Positions 47,863 through 58,324 of a DNA stretch of 64,000 bases are shown piece after piece. The notes under the pieces were generated by a model, which ran no database searches, was not told where the DNA came from, and saw nothing but the letters and a program-made list of their open reading frames with translations. This stretch comes from Ostreococcus lucimarinus (lineage: Eukaryota), in assembly GCA_000092065.1 (NCBI GenBank), contig CP000583.1. The stretch is one strand, 5' to 3'. Position 1 is the first letter of the stretch. Each line of letters opens with the position of its first letter. The translations under genes and the position numbers were made by a program.

Positions 47863-49140
47863 CTAGGAAGCGCCGCGGTCGCCGGCGGCGACGAGGGCGC
47901 GGAGCTCGGAGATGCGCTGTTTCGACTTCTCAGCGGCAACCATGAGTTCGATTTCCTTCTCGCCACGGGCGCCGGGTTCGTATTTCATCACCGCCTTGGC
48001 CTTCTTGCGCTCGATCTTGCGGCGAGGCTCGATGATCTCGCGACGCTCGTACGATTTGAGGCGATCGCCAAGGAGAGAGACGCCTGGCTTGAGGGTGCGG
48101 AGGGAACCGCCGTCGAGCTCGTCGGCGAAACGGACGTCGGCGTCGGCTTCTTTGTGACGAAGCTTGCCAAGACGTGAAGGCTGAGACGCGCGACGTTCGG
48201 CGCGAACGGCGTTGCGACGCGCCAGGTTTGCCTTCCTTTCCTCTTCCTCGGCTTCGATCTCTTTGTTCAAAGCCTTGAGGTTGCTCAGGTCTCGTCTGAG
48301 CTGCTTCGCCTTCTTGTTCGCCTGTTCGATCGCCTCCGCCTCCGCGCGTCGCTTGAGCTTGTTTCGCTTCGTTCTAGTGTACTTATCCGCGTTTACCGCG
48401 GGATTGATGCTGAGCTTACCGTCGCCATCGCCGTCTTCGTCGTCCGTCTCGTCTTCCCCGAATCCGCTCTCGAAATACAACTCGTTGACCAAATTCGCCT
48501 CCGCCACGACGTTCGACACGGGCACCGTCACCGGATCTAAATACCTCGCCTGCTTCGCCTTAAACTCCTTCGCGAGCGCAACCGCGACGACGTCTTCGCG
48601 CGCATCTTTCGGGGGATTAAACGAACACCCCGGATGTTCGGGCGCCACCGCCTTCGCGTTCGTCGTCGGCGCGGTGAGTTTCCTCGCCAATTTATTCACC
48701 CCTCTCGCCCGCGGTGCCTTACTCGCCCACACATCGAACACGCCGTCCGCTTTCTTTCCTTTCGAGCCCGCGCCCTTCACCACCGGCTTCGCTTTCCCCT
48801 TGACCCGCACCGCCTCGAGCGCTCGACTCGGCGGCGGGTTACACATCTTCCCCGCCCGCAGCTTCACCGGCGTCGGGTACGCGCGCGCCGCCGGCGCCTT
48901 CTCACACGCCGCATCAATCTTCAGCGCGCGCTGTCGCGCGCGCTCGCGCTTCGTTCCCGCGTTGTCGCGCCCGCGCGCGCCGTTCGAGTCGCCGCCGCCG
49001 CCGCCGGCGCGGTCGACGTAAAACAGCGCGTCGTTCGTCTTCGTCGCCGCGTCCTCGCGCGCGCTCGGCGCGCGGACGGCGTCGGCGACGTCATCCGCGA
49101 GCGCGCGCCAGGCGGCTTTGCTGTTTCGTCGCTTGGGCAT
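47863..49140 (-). CDS. NOP53: Nop53/GLTSCR2 ribosome biogenesis protein.
   Basis: From ATG 49140 (MPKRRNSKAAWRALADDV...). Internal HPGCSFNPPKDAREDVV. C-terminal RLGKLRHKEADADVRFADELDGGSLRTLKPGVSLLGDRLKSYERREIIEPRRKIERKKAKAVMKYE matches the Nop53 C-terminal signature. The track ORF extends 411 further codons upstream, antisense to MnmE. Confidence 0.65.
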   Translation of the reverse strand: MPKRRNSKAAWRALADDVADAVRAPSAREDAATKTNDALFYVDRAGGGGGDSNGARGRDNAGTKRERARQRALKIDAACEKAPAARAYPTPVKLRAGKMCNPPPSRALEAVRVKGKAKPVVKGAGSKGKKADGVFDVWASKAPRARGVNKLARKLTAPTTNAKAVAPEHPGCSFNPPKDAREDVVAVALAKEFKAKQARYLDPVTVPVSNVVAEANLVNELYFESGFGEDETDDEDGDGDGKLSINPAVNADKYTRTKRNKLKRRAEAEAIEQANKKAKQLRRDLSNLKALNKEIEAEEEERKANLARRNAVRAERRASQPSRLGKLRHKEADADVRFADELDGGSLRTLKPGVSLLGDRLKSYERREIIEPRRKIERKKAKAVMKYEPGARGEKEIELMVAAEKSKQRISELRALVAAGDRGAS

Positions 49141-49165
49141 CGCGCGGCGGCGCCGCGACGTCGCG

Positions 49166-50794
49166 ATGTGGCGTCTCGGCGTCTCGGCGGCGTCACTTCG
49201 CGCGCCTCGCGCGCGCGACGCGACGCGATTCGAGCGCCTCGAGCGCGCGGCGCGGCGCGATTCGCGCGGCATGCGTCGCGCGGCGCGAGAGACGATATAC
49301 GCCCTCGCCACCGCGCGCGGGCGCGCGGGCGTGAGCGTCGTGCGCGTGAGCGGGCCGAACGCGCGCGACGCGCTGCGGCTGACGAGACCGCCGGGAGGCG
49401 CGAATTCGAGCGACGGCGCGTCGTCGACGAACGCCGCGGACGCGCGCGCGCGGTCGCGGGCGGCGGAGACGAGCGCGACGGCCGCGGAGCACGGACGGTT
49501 GCGGTTGGTTGAGTTCGCGCGAGGCGACGCGGCGCGCGACGAACCGCCCATCGATGTGGGATTTGTCGCGGTGTTCGCGTCGCCGAGGTCGTTCACGGGA
49601 GAAGATGTGGTAGAATTACACGCGCACGGTTCGGCCGCGGTGCAGCGCGCGCTCATGGACGCGCTGGGGACGTTGGATAATTTTCGCGTCGCCGAAGCCG
49701 GGGAGTTTTCGAGGCGAGCGTTTAGAAACGGGAAGATGGATTTGACGCAGGCTGAGGGGTTGGCGGATCTCTTGGACGCGGATACGGAGGCGCAGAGACG
49801 ACAAGCGATGATGTTGTCGCGGAACGCGGCGCAGAGATCGATGTATGAGACTTGGAGGAAAGAGTTGTTGACGTGCGCCGCGTATTGCGAGGCGGCTTTA
49901 GATTTCGGCGAGGAGGAGGATATAGCGAGCGACGTGGTGGAGAGGAAAGTGCGCGAACGCGTCAAGGCGCTTCGCGATACGTTACAAAAGTATTTAGACG
50001 CACCCGCGCGTGGGGAGCTGATTCGTCGGGGCGTGCGCGTCGCCCTCGTGGGCTCGCCTAACGTGGGCAAGAGTTCGATGCTCAACGCGCTCGCCGGCCG
50101 CGACGCCGCCATCGTTTCGCCGCACGCGGGGACGACTAGAGACGTCCTAGAGGTGTCTCTCGAGCTCGGTGGGTACAAGGTCATCGTCAGCGATACTGCC
50201 GGTCTTCGTGAGACCGAAGACGACGTGGAAAAGCTTGGCATCGCTCGAGCGCTCGAGCGAGCCGAAGACGCCGACGTCGTCGTCGCCCTCGCGGACGCCA
50301 CTAACGACGCATCCAACATCGATCTCAAGGCGCTCAATTTATCGAAAAAGACAATCGTTAACGTATGGAACAAATCCGACGCGCTGAGTGACGGACAAAC
50401 GCGCGAGTTGATGGAGATTGAAAACGAAACCGCCGCGGATGGCTACGAAACCGCCGTCGTGAGCTGCCTCACCGGCGCCGGTCTCGACGGTTTCATCTCG
50501 ACTCTCACGCGCATCGTCGCTCAAAAGTGCACGATCGGCGATGACGCATCCGACGCCAACGATTCCACCCTCGCCATCACGCGTTCGCGCCATCGAGTCA
50601 ACCTCGCTCGGTGCGTCGCTTCGCTCGACGCCGCCGTCGCGCGCGCTCGCGCGTCCTCCGCCTCCGCCTCCGCGCTCGAGCTCGAGGCCGAGGAGTTAAA
50701 GCTCGCGGCGCGCGCCCTCGGTCGCGTCACCGGCGCGTACGACGTGGAAGACGTCTTAGACGTCGTCTTTCGCGATTTCTGTGTAGGAAAGTAG
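49166..50794 (+). CDS. mnmE: tRNA modification GTPase MnmE/TrmE (mitochondrial GTPBP3/MSS1-type).
   Basis: G-domain: ALVGSPNVGKSSMLNALAGRDAAIVSPHAGTTRDV...DTAGLRE...NKSD. C-terminal ...VFRDFCVGK* (the FC[IV]GK end typical of MnmE). N-terminal presequence. The track start at 49118 is TTG. The first ATG is at 49166, only 25 bp from the divergent Nop53 ATG. Confidence 0.75.
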   Translation: MWRLGVSAASLRAPRARDATRFERLERAARRDSRGMRRAARETIYALATARGRAGVSVVRVSGPNARDALRLTRPPGGANSSDGASSTNAADARARSRAAETSATAAEHGRLRLVEFARGDAARDEPPIDVGFVAVFASPRSFTGEDVVELHAHGSAAVQRALMDALGTLDNFRVAEAGEFSRRAFRNGKMDLTQAEGLADLLDADTEAQRRQAMMLSRNAAQRSMYETWRKELLTCAAYCEAALDFGEEEDIASDVVERKVRERVKALRDTLQKYLDAPARGELIRRGVRVALVGSPNVGKSSMLNALAGRDAAIVSPHAGTTRDVLEVSLELGGYKVIVSDTAGLRETEDDVEKLGIARALERAEDADVVVALADATNDASNIDLKALNLSKKTIVNVWNKSDALSDGQTRELMEIENETAADGYETAVVSCLTGAGLDGFISTLTRIVAQKCTIGDDASDANDSTLAITRSRHRVNLARCVASLDAAVARARASSASASALELEAEELKLAARALGRVTGAYDVEDVLDVVFRDFCVGK

Positions 50795-51201
50795 CCCCCC
50801 TCGCCCGCCTCGCCTCCGAGTCGCGCCGCCGCTCGTCGCGCGCGCGAAATCTGGAAATCGTCCGCGCGGCGACCCCGCGCGACGTCGCATCGCGTCGCGT
50901 CGTGCGCGTTCGCGACGACCTCGCGCGTCACCGCGCCGCGACGACCGGCGCGCGCGGCGAAACGCACGAATCATGGTGCGACGCGCGCGCGATCGATCCA
51001 AGCCTCGCGCGCGCGACGCGACCGCGCGCCGACGACGCGACCGGTGTCGAAAGATGAAGATCGAAGATCTCGACGAACGCGCGGTGATGACGAACGACTG
51101 ACGCGGTGTGACGCGACGCGAACGCCGAGCAGGGGTTCGGAGACGCGCAAGAAGACGTCACGGACGCCGAGGGAGCGCTGTTTCCGATATTCGTCGTGAG
51201 C

Positions 51202-53355
51202 ATGCTCGGGACGTTTTTGATTCCGGCGACGATCGCGCGACTGGCGAGCGCGGCGACGAAGACGGAACGCGGGAGCGGAGAGGGGAAGGGTGACGCGGCG
51301 AGCTCGAAGAAGCAGACGCAGACGATATCGACGGAGATTAGTGACGTAGAGAGTGAATGGGGAAAGGCGGCGATGGCGTCGATGAAACGGCGTAAGATGA
51401 CGACTGGGAGGCGCGTGGGCGGATTGTTTCGAGGGACCAATTTGTGGTACACGCTCGGGTGGATCGTGATGATCGCGCTGTCCGTGTACATCACGAGAAC
51501 GCCGTTACAGGAGAAACGGTTCGATCCGTACGATATCTTGGACCTGCGCGTGGGGGCGAGCACGAAGGAAATTAAGAGCGCGTACAGAAAGTTGTCGCTC
51601 AAGTATCACCCAGACAAGAACCCGGATCCCGCGGCGGCGGTTTATTTCGCCGAGTCCATCGCGCCGGCGTACAAGACGCTGACGGACGATGTCGCGCGAG
51701 AGAACTACGAAAAGTACGGTCATCCTGATGGTAAACAGAGCACCAAGCTCGGCATCGCGTTGCCCGAGCAACTTTTTGGAAAGGGTGGCATGGCGCCGGT
51801 GATGCTCATCGTGCTCGTTGTCGGAGGTATCATGCTTCCGCTTTTCATCGCTATGTGTTCGATCCGTAAAATGAACAAATTTGGTGGAAACAACGTGCTC
51901 AAGCAGACACAGGTTAATTACGCGCGCATGTTAAAGCCGGTGCTCGCGCTCTCAAAGGTTCCGGAGACGCTCGCCGTGGCGCACGAATTCATCGAGACGC
52001 CGTTCCTCGATGGACAAGATGCGGCCGTAAGCCAGCTTCTCAAAGATTACAAGAACGAGTACGAATCGAAAGATCAAAAGCTCATGAAGCGGTTGCCGAC
52101 CATCATCAAAGCACACATGTTGATCCTTACTCAGACGTCCCGGCGTGCGGCTTCGCTTCCACCTGTGCTCTCCGCGGATGCTAAAAAATTGGTGCTCACC
52201 CTGCCTCGATTGATCGAAGAGTTGCTCAAGATCGCAGCGATGCCAATCAACCGCGCCGGTCATTCGTACGCGCGACCGCAGATCAGCGTCATGGAGTTTT
52301 ACCAATGCTTCACTCAAGGCGTGCCTCTTTCTTCGCGAAAGCGAGATGAAGACGGAAACGCGAGTTTGCTTCAGCTCCCACATTTCTCCACGGAAAACCT
52401 CAACGGTGTTGCAAAAAAGTGCAAATCCCTGCACGCGCTGATGAAATTATCGAGCGAGGATCGCAAAAAGCTGTTGATTGGCGCAAGATTTTCTGAGGCC
52501 GCGACGAAGGATGTCGAGCGTCAGCTCGCGGTGATCCCACGTGTGACGACTTTTGAGGCGAAAATATCTGTCGACGACGACGACGACACCATCATGGAAG
52601 GAGATTTTGTCACCGCGAAGCTCAAGATTAAAATTGGACGATCTGGTGGACCGCTAGGTGGCGCGTTGCCTCCGTTACCGTTTTGCGCCGCTGATCGTAC
52701 AGAGGGTTGGCGCGTGTTCGTGTACGATCAATCCACGAACACCCTCTTAGCTAGCTCGACGTTAAAGCAGCGCGATGTAGAGAAGGCTGAGCGCGGGGAT
52801 GAACCTTTGGATTTGTCTGTCCAGTTCGTCGGCTTGCCGAGCGGTATGTACAACGTGGGCGTGTCGCTGATGAGCGACTATTGGATTGGTGTCGACGCCA
52901 AGGTTTCGTGCATGATGAAGGTGCTGAAGCCCACCGCGACGAACGTGGCAGCGCGCGAAGCCAAGTCCGCATCGCGTTCGGACGTCACGAAACCGAACGC
53001 TGAAGTGGAGGAGGAAGAATCGAGCGAATCGGACTATAGCGATGACGACGAGGACGATTACAGCGATGAGGACTATCCTTCGGATGAAACGGGAACGTCG
53101 GAATCCGATGATGAAGCCCGGGCTAGAATTGACGCGATGCGACGTCCTGAACAGACCAAAAACACAGTAAAGGAAGGTGCGACCGCTGCAAAACCGGCGT
53201 CAGTGCCGCAGCGAAAGACATCGACATTTGGACAGAAGGCGGCAGCGGCACGTCCCTCGATTCCAGGGCAAGCGGTTGTCCAGCAGACGCCGGCCACGGA
53301 AAAACCGGTCGTCGCCGAGGAAGTAAAGCCGGATACTGTTGATAACGTAGACTAA
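51202..53355 (+). CDS. SEC63: Sec63 translocation protein (J-domain plus Sec63/Brl domain).
   Basis: N-terminal TM segment: FLIPATIARLA (cf. human GLIVIPATYYL). Luminal J-domain: DPYDILDLRVGASTKEIKSAYRKLSLKYHPDKNPD. Sec63-like region follows, then an acidic Ser/Asp/Glu tail. The track start at 51196 is GTG. The first ATG is at 51202, so the N-terminus may be incomplete. Confidence 0.7.
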   Translation: MLGTFLIPATIARLASAATKTERGSGEGKGDAASSKKQTQTISTEISDVESEWGKAAMASMKRRKMTTGRRVGGLFRGTNLWYTLGWIVMIALSVYITRTPLQEKRFDPYDILDLRVGASTKEIKSAYRKLSLKYHPDKNPDPAAAVYFAESIAPAYKTLTDDVARENYEKYGHPDGKQSTKLGIALPEQLFGKGGMAPVMLIVLVVGGIMLPLFIAMCSIRKMNKFGGNNVLKQTQVNYARMLKPVLALSKVPETLAVAHEFIETPFLDGQDAAVSQLLKDYKNEYESKDQKLMKRLPTIIKAHMLILTQTSRRAASLPPVLSADAKKLVLTLPRLIEELLKIAAMPINRAGHSYARPQISVMEFYQCFTQGVPLSSRKRDEDGNASLLQLPHFSTENLNGVAKKCKSLHALMKLSSEDRKKLLIGARFSEAATKDVERQLAVIPRVTTFEAKISVDDDDDTIMEGDFVTAKLKIKIGRSGGPLGGALPPLPFCAADRTEGWRVFVYDQSTNTLLASSTLKQRDVEKAERGDEPLDLSVQFVGLPSGMYNVGVSLMSDYWIGVDAKVSCMMKVLKPTATNVAAREAKSASRSDVTKPNAEVEEEESSESDYSDDDEDDYSDEDYPSDETGTSESDDEARARIDAMRRPEQTKNTVKEGATAAKPASVPQRKTSTFGQKAAAARPSIPGQAVVQQTPATEKPVVAEEVKPDTVDNVD

Positions 53356-53426
53356 AACACTACACATTGTTCAATGCAACTGGAGCTAAGAACTAAAGAT
53401 CCTACGTTGTTTGGGAGCCTCTCCCT

Positions 53427-54293
53427 TCACGAATGATACCAACGACCCATTCCGGATCCGCGCGCCGGGAACCACACGCCAGCGATGTTTTCGACGTATG
53501 GGTCCCAAATTAGCGCACAATCACATGACTGCACGAGCTTCAACCGCGACAGCGGACGTCGCTCGCACTCCACTCGCAACGCGTCCCAATACTTTTTCGG
53601 ATCGCTCGCCCGCGAGCGCTGCGCCGAAGAGAAATCAACCAAATTCCCGAGCACGACGACGACGACCCCTTTCGCCGCGGCGTAGTCCATCGCGAGCTTG
53701 AAATCATTATCGGACGTCACTATCAACACCACACGATCGCGACCGCGAACGATGGCTTCTATTTGCTCCTCCCGGACGTCCCAGCCCGTCGGCAGCGCCG
53801 CTCTCGCCTCGCGCGCGGCGTCCGCCCAAAACGTCGCCTCCTCGATCGCCGACGCGCGCTCTGTCGCCATCTCGGCGTTCACCCCGCTTTCATCGACCAT
53901 CAACCGTTTTTTCCCGCTGAACACGGGCGCGTCTTCGCCACCGACCGCGCGCGTCAACGCGTCGCCGAGCGCGTCGTCCGCCGCCTCCGAGCTCGACGCG
54001 CACGCCGTCACCTCAACCACCCCTTCCAGCCACTCCCCGTCCTCGGCCAACCTCGCCAGCGTCTGATCGTTCGCGTACGCGCGCACCGGGTGGTTCACGC
54101 GCCCGAACGCGGCGCCCGCGGCGAGCACGCGCTCGAACACGACCGCGGCGGTCGCGCTCTTCGGGCATAGATTATCCAAGTCCCAGTACACGTCCACCGT
54201 GCGCGTCGACGCGGCGCGCGCGAATCTCGGGCGACGCGCGCGTCCGCGCCGCGTCCTCGCGGGCGCCGCGCGCGCGCGCGCGCGCGTCGCCAT
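53427..54293 (-). CDS. NYN-domain (PIN-like RNase) protein. The start is taken at ATG 54293, with ATG 54659 as an alternative.
   Basis: ...TVDVYWDLDNLCPKSATAAVVFERVLAAGAAFGRVNHPVRAYAN...RVVLIVTSDNDFKLAMDYAAAKGVVVVVLGNL... resembles NYN/limkain-type domains. The upstream 120 codons of the track ORF are Arg-rich low complexity. Confidence 0.5.
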   Translation of the reverse strand: MATRARARAAPARTRRGRARRPRFARAASTRTVDVYWDLDNLCPKSATAAVVFERVLAAGAAFGRVNHPVRAYANDQTLARLAEDGEWLEGVVEVTACASSSEAADDALGDALTRAVGGEDAPVFSGKKRLMVDESGVNAEMATERASAIEEATFWADAAREARAALPTGWDVREEQIEAIVRGRDRVVLIVTSDNDFKLAMDYAAAKGVVVVVLGNLVDFSSAQRSRASDPKKYWDALRVECERRPLSRLKLVQSCDCALIWDPYVENIAGVWFPARGSGMGRWYHS

Positions 54294-54825
54294 GTGCGTA
54301 GAATGTACGGACTGTTTACACATACGACCGGGACATTCGGACATTTGGTCACGTTCCGTGTGTACGCTCGTCACGACACCTCGCGCGCGCGCGTCGCCCG
54401 CGCCGTCTTTACGACGCGCGACGACAGGTGCGCCGGCGACGACGACCCGACGCGACGCGCGCGCGGCGAAGACGACGCGCATCGATCGTTCGACCGCGCT
54501 TCGACGGCCCGCGACGTCGCGCGCGACGCCGAGACGCGGTCGAACGCGCGCGCGGTCGATCGCGCGCGGGCGCGCGCGACGATCGCGTCGGACGGCTCGC
54601 GTGACGCGCGCGATCGCCGCGCGATGACGCGCGCGCGATGATGCTGTCGGGAAAATCATCGTTCGCGCGCGGTCGACGCGCGGGCGGTCGATCGCGCGCG
54701 GGTGATGGGTGAAGCGCGCGCGATGGGGAGGCGCGCAAAGCCCTAGTGAGAAGAGGGTTGACGCGACGGAGGCGGGAAGGGCGAGGGACTGACGAATGAC
54801 GCGCGCGTTCGAAAATCACAGAAAG

Positions 54826-55326
54826 ATGCCGCCTAAGTTCGACCCGAACTCCGTTTTGGAGATTTTCATGCGCGCCACCGGCGGTGAAGTCGGCGCTGCG
54901 TCTTCGCTCGCGCCGAAGATCGGTCCGCTCGGTTTGTCGCCGAAGAAGGTCGGGGAAGACATCGCGAAGGAAACCGCCAAGGACTGGAAGGGTTTGCGCG
55001 TGACGGTGAAGCTCACCGTGCAAAACCGTCAAGCGAAGGTGTCTGTCGTGCCGACGGCCTCCGCCTTAGTCATTAAAGCGCTCAAGGAGCCGTTCCAAGA
55101 CCGCAAAAAGGTCAAGGGTATCTTGCACACGGGCAACTGCTCTTTGGACGACATCATCGAAGTCGCGCGCACTATGCGCCCGAGGTCTTGCGCCAAGTCG
55201 CTCGCCGGTACCGTCAAAGAAATTCTCGGTACGGCCAAGTCTGTGGGCTGCACCGTCGAGGGCGAAGACCCGTCGGACGTGCAAGAATCGATCGATTCCG
55301 GGGACATTGAAATTCCGGAAAAGTAG
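54826..55326 (+). CDS. RPL12: 60S ribosomal protein L12 (uL11).
   Basis: [89 protein letters not shown] is the canonical eukaryotic RPL12. I placed the start at the 11th codon of track ORF 54796-55326. AATAAA lies about 146 nt downstream. Confidence 0.8.
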   Translation: MPPKFDPNSVLEIFMRATGGEVGAASSLAPKIGPLGLSPKKVGEDIAKETAKDWKGLRVTVKLTVQNRQAKVSVVPTASALVIKALKEPFQDRKKVKGILHTGNCSLDDIIEVARTMRPRSCAKSLAGTVKEILGTAKSVGCTVEGEDPSDVQESIDSGDIEIPEK

Positions 55327-55509
55327 ATTTCGCGTTTTGCGTTCGTTAGCCGGAGTGTTATGGAAAAGAGTGATTCCACATTATATCGTCGTCCGCTCGT
55401 CTCGTCGCACGAATTCTCGTCAAGTGCTTGCGTTGTGTTCAATGTCTAATGCGGCTATTATGCGGCGCTACAATAAATCGATTTTGGGATCTTGTTGCGG
55501 GCGGTGGTG

Positions 55510-57702
55510 CTATGTGTCGCTTTCGTTCGCGTCGACCAAGGACGACGACGACGACGACGAACCGTTCTTCTTCGAACCGTTCTTCTTTCCGTTCGTTTTA
55601 AAGAAGGCACCAATACTTCCATTCTTCTTCGAGCCATTCTTCTTCCGGCTTTCGGTGGTCTCTTGCGGCGTGAACGTAGTGGAAATATTCTTTTGTTGCG
55701 CCTCGAGCTCTTGCTGTTGAGCGAGAAGCCGCGACTCCATCTCTGCCATTTCTTCGATGACTGCGTTCATTTCATTTTGAATGGCTTCCATGCGAAGCCG
55801 AATGGCCTCAGAGTCTTCTTCTTTCGCCGGAGTTTGCTTGGAAATTCTAGCGAGCATGGACGACACCTTGTCCTTTGTGTTCTCGACCGTCTTTCTCATC
55901 GCCGGCGCCTTCGGAGTCGTCTTTTCTTCTCGCTCAACGTTTTCTGAAACTTGTCTTTCTTCGTCTTCGGCATCTGGCGCGTTAGGGCGAATCGCGCGCA
56001 AAAGCGTGTTCATGCCTTCATCGAAGCTCTTTCTCGTGTCCTGAGCGGCTCGGTTGACGCGATCATTGATGGACTGCATGCGTGTCTTCCCGATGCCGTT
56101 CGAGGAGAGATTCGACAGCAAGCCGTCGTACTCTTTCGACGTCTCAACGCCGCTCTCCTTGGCCGCTTTTTTCAACTCGGTCGCTGCGGAAACCATAGTC
56201 GTGCGCGCTTCGACTTCCTTGAAGCTCATGGATCGAACCAAGCCTTGTAATCCAACGCGCATCTTCTCGAGCGTCTTTTCCTCCTCTGCGATTTTCTTAG
56301 CGTCCTCACCGTCGTCTCGCATGCGCTGGATCGTCGTAGATTGTTTGGCTATGTTGACTTGCTGGCGTTGGATACGTTTTTCTAACGAAAACATATCAGT
56401 CAACATTCCAGCGGTCTCCGCTACCCAGTTATCACCGCGGCCTTCCTTCACTTCGACCTTGAGCTCGGTGGGGTCGACTTGGAAGAAGCGATGCTTGAGC
56501 GCTTGCTCTGCGCTCGGGCGCTCGCGGGCTTCTTGATCATCCTCGGCTTCGTACGGCCTCGGACGGAGTAAATCTGCCGCCAACTCCCATCCCGCGCCAT
56601 CACCAGCGTCGAGAACAGCCGTCTTCGATCGACTAAGTTGACCTTTGTTCGCTTCTCTCCACTTTTGCAAGTCGTACTTGAACTTTTTCAATCCGCGGTT
56701 GAAGCTTTGCAACCCACTGTTCGTGCGCAAGCTCGGCATGGCGAGCTGCATTAGTACGATTCCAGTGCTATACATATCGAATCGATCTGGTCTGTGTGAT
56801 AGCCATGCCGTGGTACCGGCCGCGAGCGCGACAGGTGCGAACATCTTTCGCAGATCGGGGGCGTCGTCCGTCGGAATTAAAAATTCCTCGGGAGGCGCGT
56901 ATTTCGGATCCATGATGGTTTCATCCGGGGTGAAATTCATCCCAGATCTGAAGCACGCACAAGCGCCGAGATCGATCACTTTAAATTCAGGCGTCGGCTC
57001 TCTCGCGAGCACGAGATTGTGCGGTTTCACGTCGCGATGAACCAACCCGGCGCGATGCATCGCCATCAGACTCGACAAGAGCTGCGAAATCGCGCGTTGC
57101 GTGATCTCGAGTTCCACCGCAGCGTCGCCGCGATACACGTCATCACGATCCAGTAATGCCTTCGCGAGTCCAGTGGGATAATCTGGCTGCGCGAGATATT
57201 GCGCCAACGTGCGATCGCCCTGGTATCTCCACACCAACCACAAGCCTTCCTTGCTCAACGCGTCGTTCGTCCCGGATGCCAACCAATCGTCCCGAGTCAC
57301 GCGAAACGATCCCACGAACTCCGCGCACGCCCCCTTCGCGTCTCGACTCACTCGATCGTTCATCCAAGACTCGATCTCCTGCAACTCCGCCGCGCCCTCG
57401 ACCGTGAGCTTCGGGCGCTTGAGCACCACGGCGTCGCCTTTGCGCAACCCGCGCGCGTCGTTCACCGCCACTCGTCCCTCGTACACCACCCCGAACGACC
57501 CCTCACCGATCTGACGCTCCATCTCAAAGTCACTCTTCTTATACTTGCTCCCGTTCACGACCACCAGCCCCCGTCGTCGTCGTCCCTCGCGTCTCCGCGT
57601 CGTCGCCGCGCGCGCGTCCGCTCGCCGCCCCTCGCCCCGCCGTCCACGCCCGACGCCCGCCGCATCCCGCGCGCCCTCGCGCGCGCCGAGCGACGTCGCC
57701 AT
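55510..57702 (-). CDS. STN7: STN7/STN8 (Stt7/Stl1)-family thylakoid Ser/Thr protein kinase with a ~330-aa C-terminal coiled-coil and KNGS-repeat extension.
   Basis: FEMERQIGEGSFGVVY, ESWMNDRV, WLVWRYQGDRTLAQYL, HRDVKPHN, VIDLGACA, MDPKYAPPE and PDRFDMYSTGIVLMQLAMPSLRTNSGLQSFNRGLKKFKYDLQKWR...GWEL match Arabidopsis STN7 (EIWMNERV, WLLWKYEGESTLA, PDRFDIYSIGLIFLQMAFPSLRSDSNLIQFNRQLKRCDYDLTAWR). The track start at 57783 is TTG. The first ATG is at 57702. Confidence 0.65.
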   Translation of the reverse strand: MATSLGAREGARDAAGVGRGRRGEGRRADARAATTRRREGRRRRGLVVVNGSKYKKSDFEMERQIGEGSFGVVYEGRVAVNDARGLRKGDAVVLKRPKLTVEGAAELQEIESWMNDRVSRDAKGACAEFVGSFRVTRDDWLASGTNDALSKEGLWLVWRYQGDRTLAQYLAQPDYPTGLAKALLDRDDVYRGDAAVELEITQRAISQLLSSLMAMHRAGLVHRDVKPHNLVLAREPTPEFKVIDLGACACFRSGMNFTPDETIMDPKYAPPEEFLIPTDDAPDLRKMFAPVALAAGTTAWLSHRPDRFDMYSTGIVLMQLAMPSLRTNSGLQSFNRGLKKFKYDLQKWREANKGQLSRSKTAVLDAGDGAGWELAADLLRPRPYEAEDDQEARERPSAEQALKHRFFQVDPTELKVEVKEGRGDNWVAETAGMLTDMFSLEKRIQRQQVNIAKQSTTIQRMRDDGEDAKKIAEEEKTLEKMRVGLQGLVRSMSFKEVEARTTMVSAATELKKAAKESGVETSKEYDGLLSNLSSNGIGKTRMQSINDRVNRAAQDTRKSFDEGMNTLLRAIRPNAPDAEDEERQVSENVEREEKTTPKAPAMRKTVENTKDKVSSMLARISKQTPAKEEDSEAIRLRMEAIQNEMNAVIEEMAEMESRLLAQQQELEAQQKNISTTFTPQETTESRKKNGSKKNGSIGAFFKTNGKKNGSKKNGSSSSSSSLVDANESDT
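55541..55650. repeat. Tandem ~15-nt coding repeats (GAACCGTTCTTCTTC variants) that encode the NGSKK/KNGS repeats at the kinase C-terminus. An adjacent (GACGAC)n run lies next to them.
   Basis: gacgacgacgacgacgacgaaccgttcttcttcgaaccgttcttctttccgttcg...ccattcttcttcgagccattcttcttcc. Confidence 0.5.
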
Positions 57703-58324
57703 CCCACGCCGACGCTCGACCGCCTCCGCGCCTCTTCTTCGCGCCTCCCTCGGCGCTCGCGCGCGCCTCGCGTCTCGATTCAAATATCTTCGAGCTCGTT
57801 ATCCGACGCTTTCGGGTCGTCTTCGCGCCGCTCGCGCGCCCCTCTTCGCCGTCGCGCGCGCGTTCGCGTCGTTTTCGAATCCGCTTCCGTTTCGCGCGTC
57901 GTCGACGCGCTTCCGCGTCGACGCGCGTCCGCGTCCGCGTCGCGATGTCGCGTCGATCGCCCGCGGGATGGGTCGCCGTCCCGCGACCCCCTCGCGTGGA
58001 GTCGCGACCCGTCGATGGGTGTCACGAGACCGGTCGGTCGTCACACACGGACTAACCGCGTCGTAAGGTGCGGAATAAAGTACGGCGTTTCATACACGAT
58101 CGCGCGGTCCGCGACGTCGCGACGTCGCGGTCGCGCGCGCGAGACGCGCGCGCGCGCGCGCGACGCGCGACGCGAGAGACGCGACCGTTCTCGACGCGCG
58201 CGGATTCGCAGAGACGATCGCGGAACCGGCGCGCGACCGCGAAGAGGGAAGAAGGTCTCGAGACGAACGAACGCACGACTCGGCGTCGCGAAGAACGACG
58301 GACGACGGCGCGCGCGCGCGCGCG

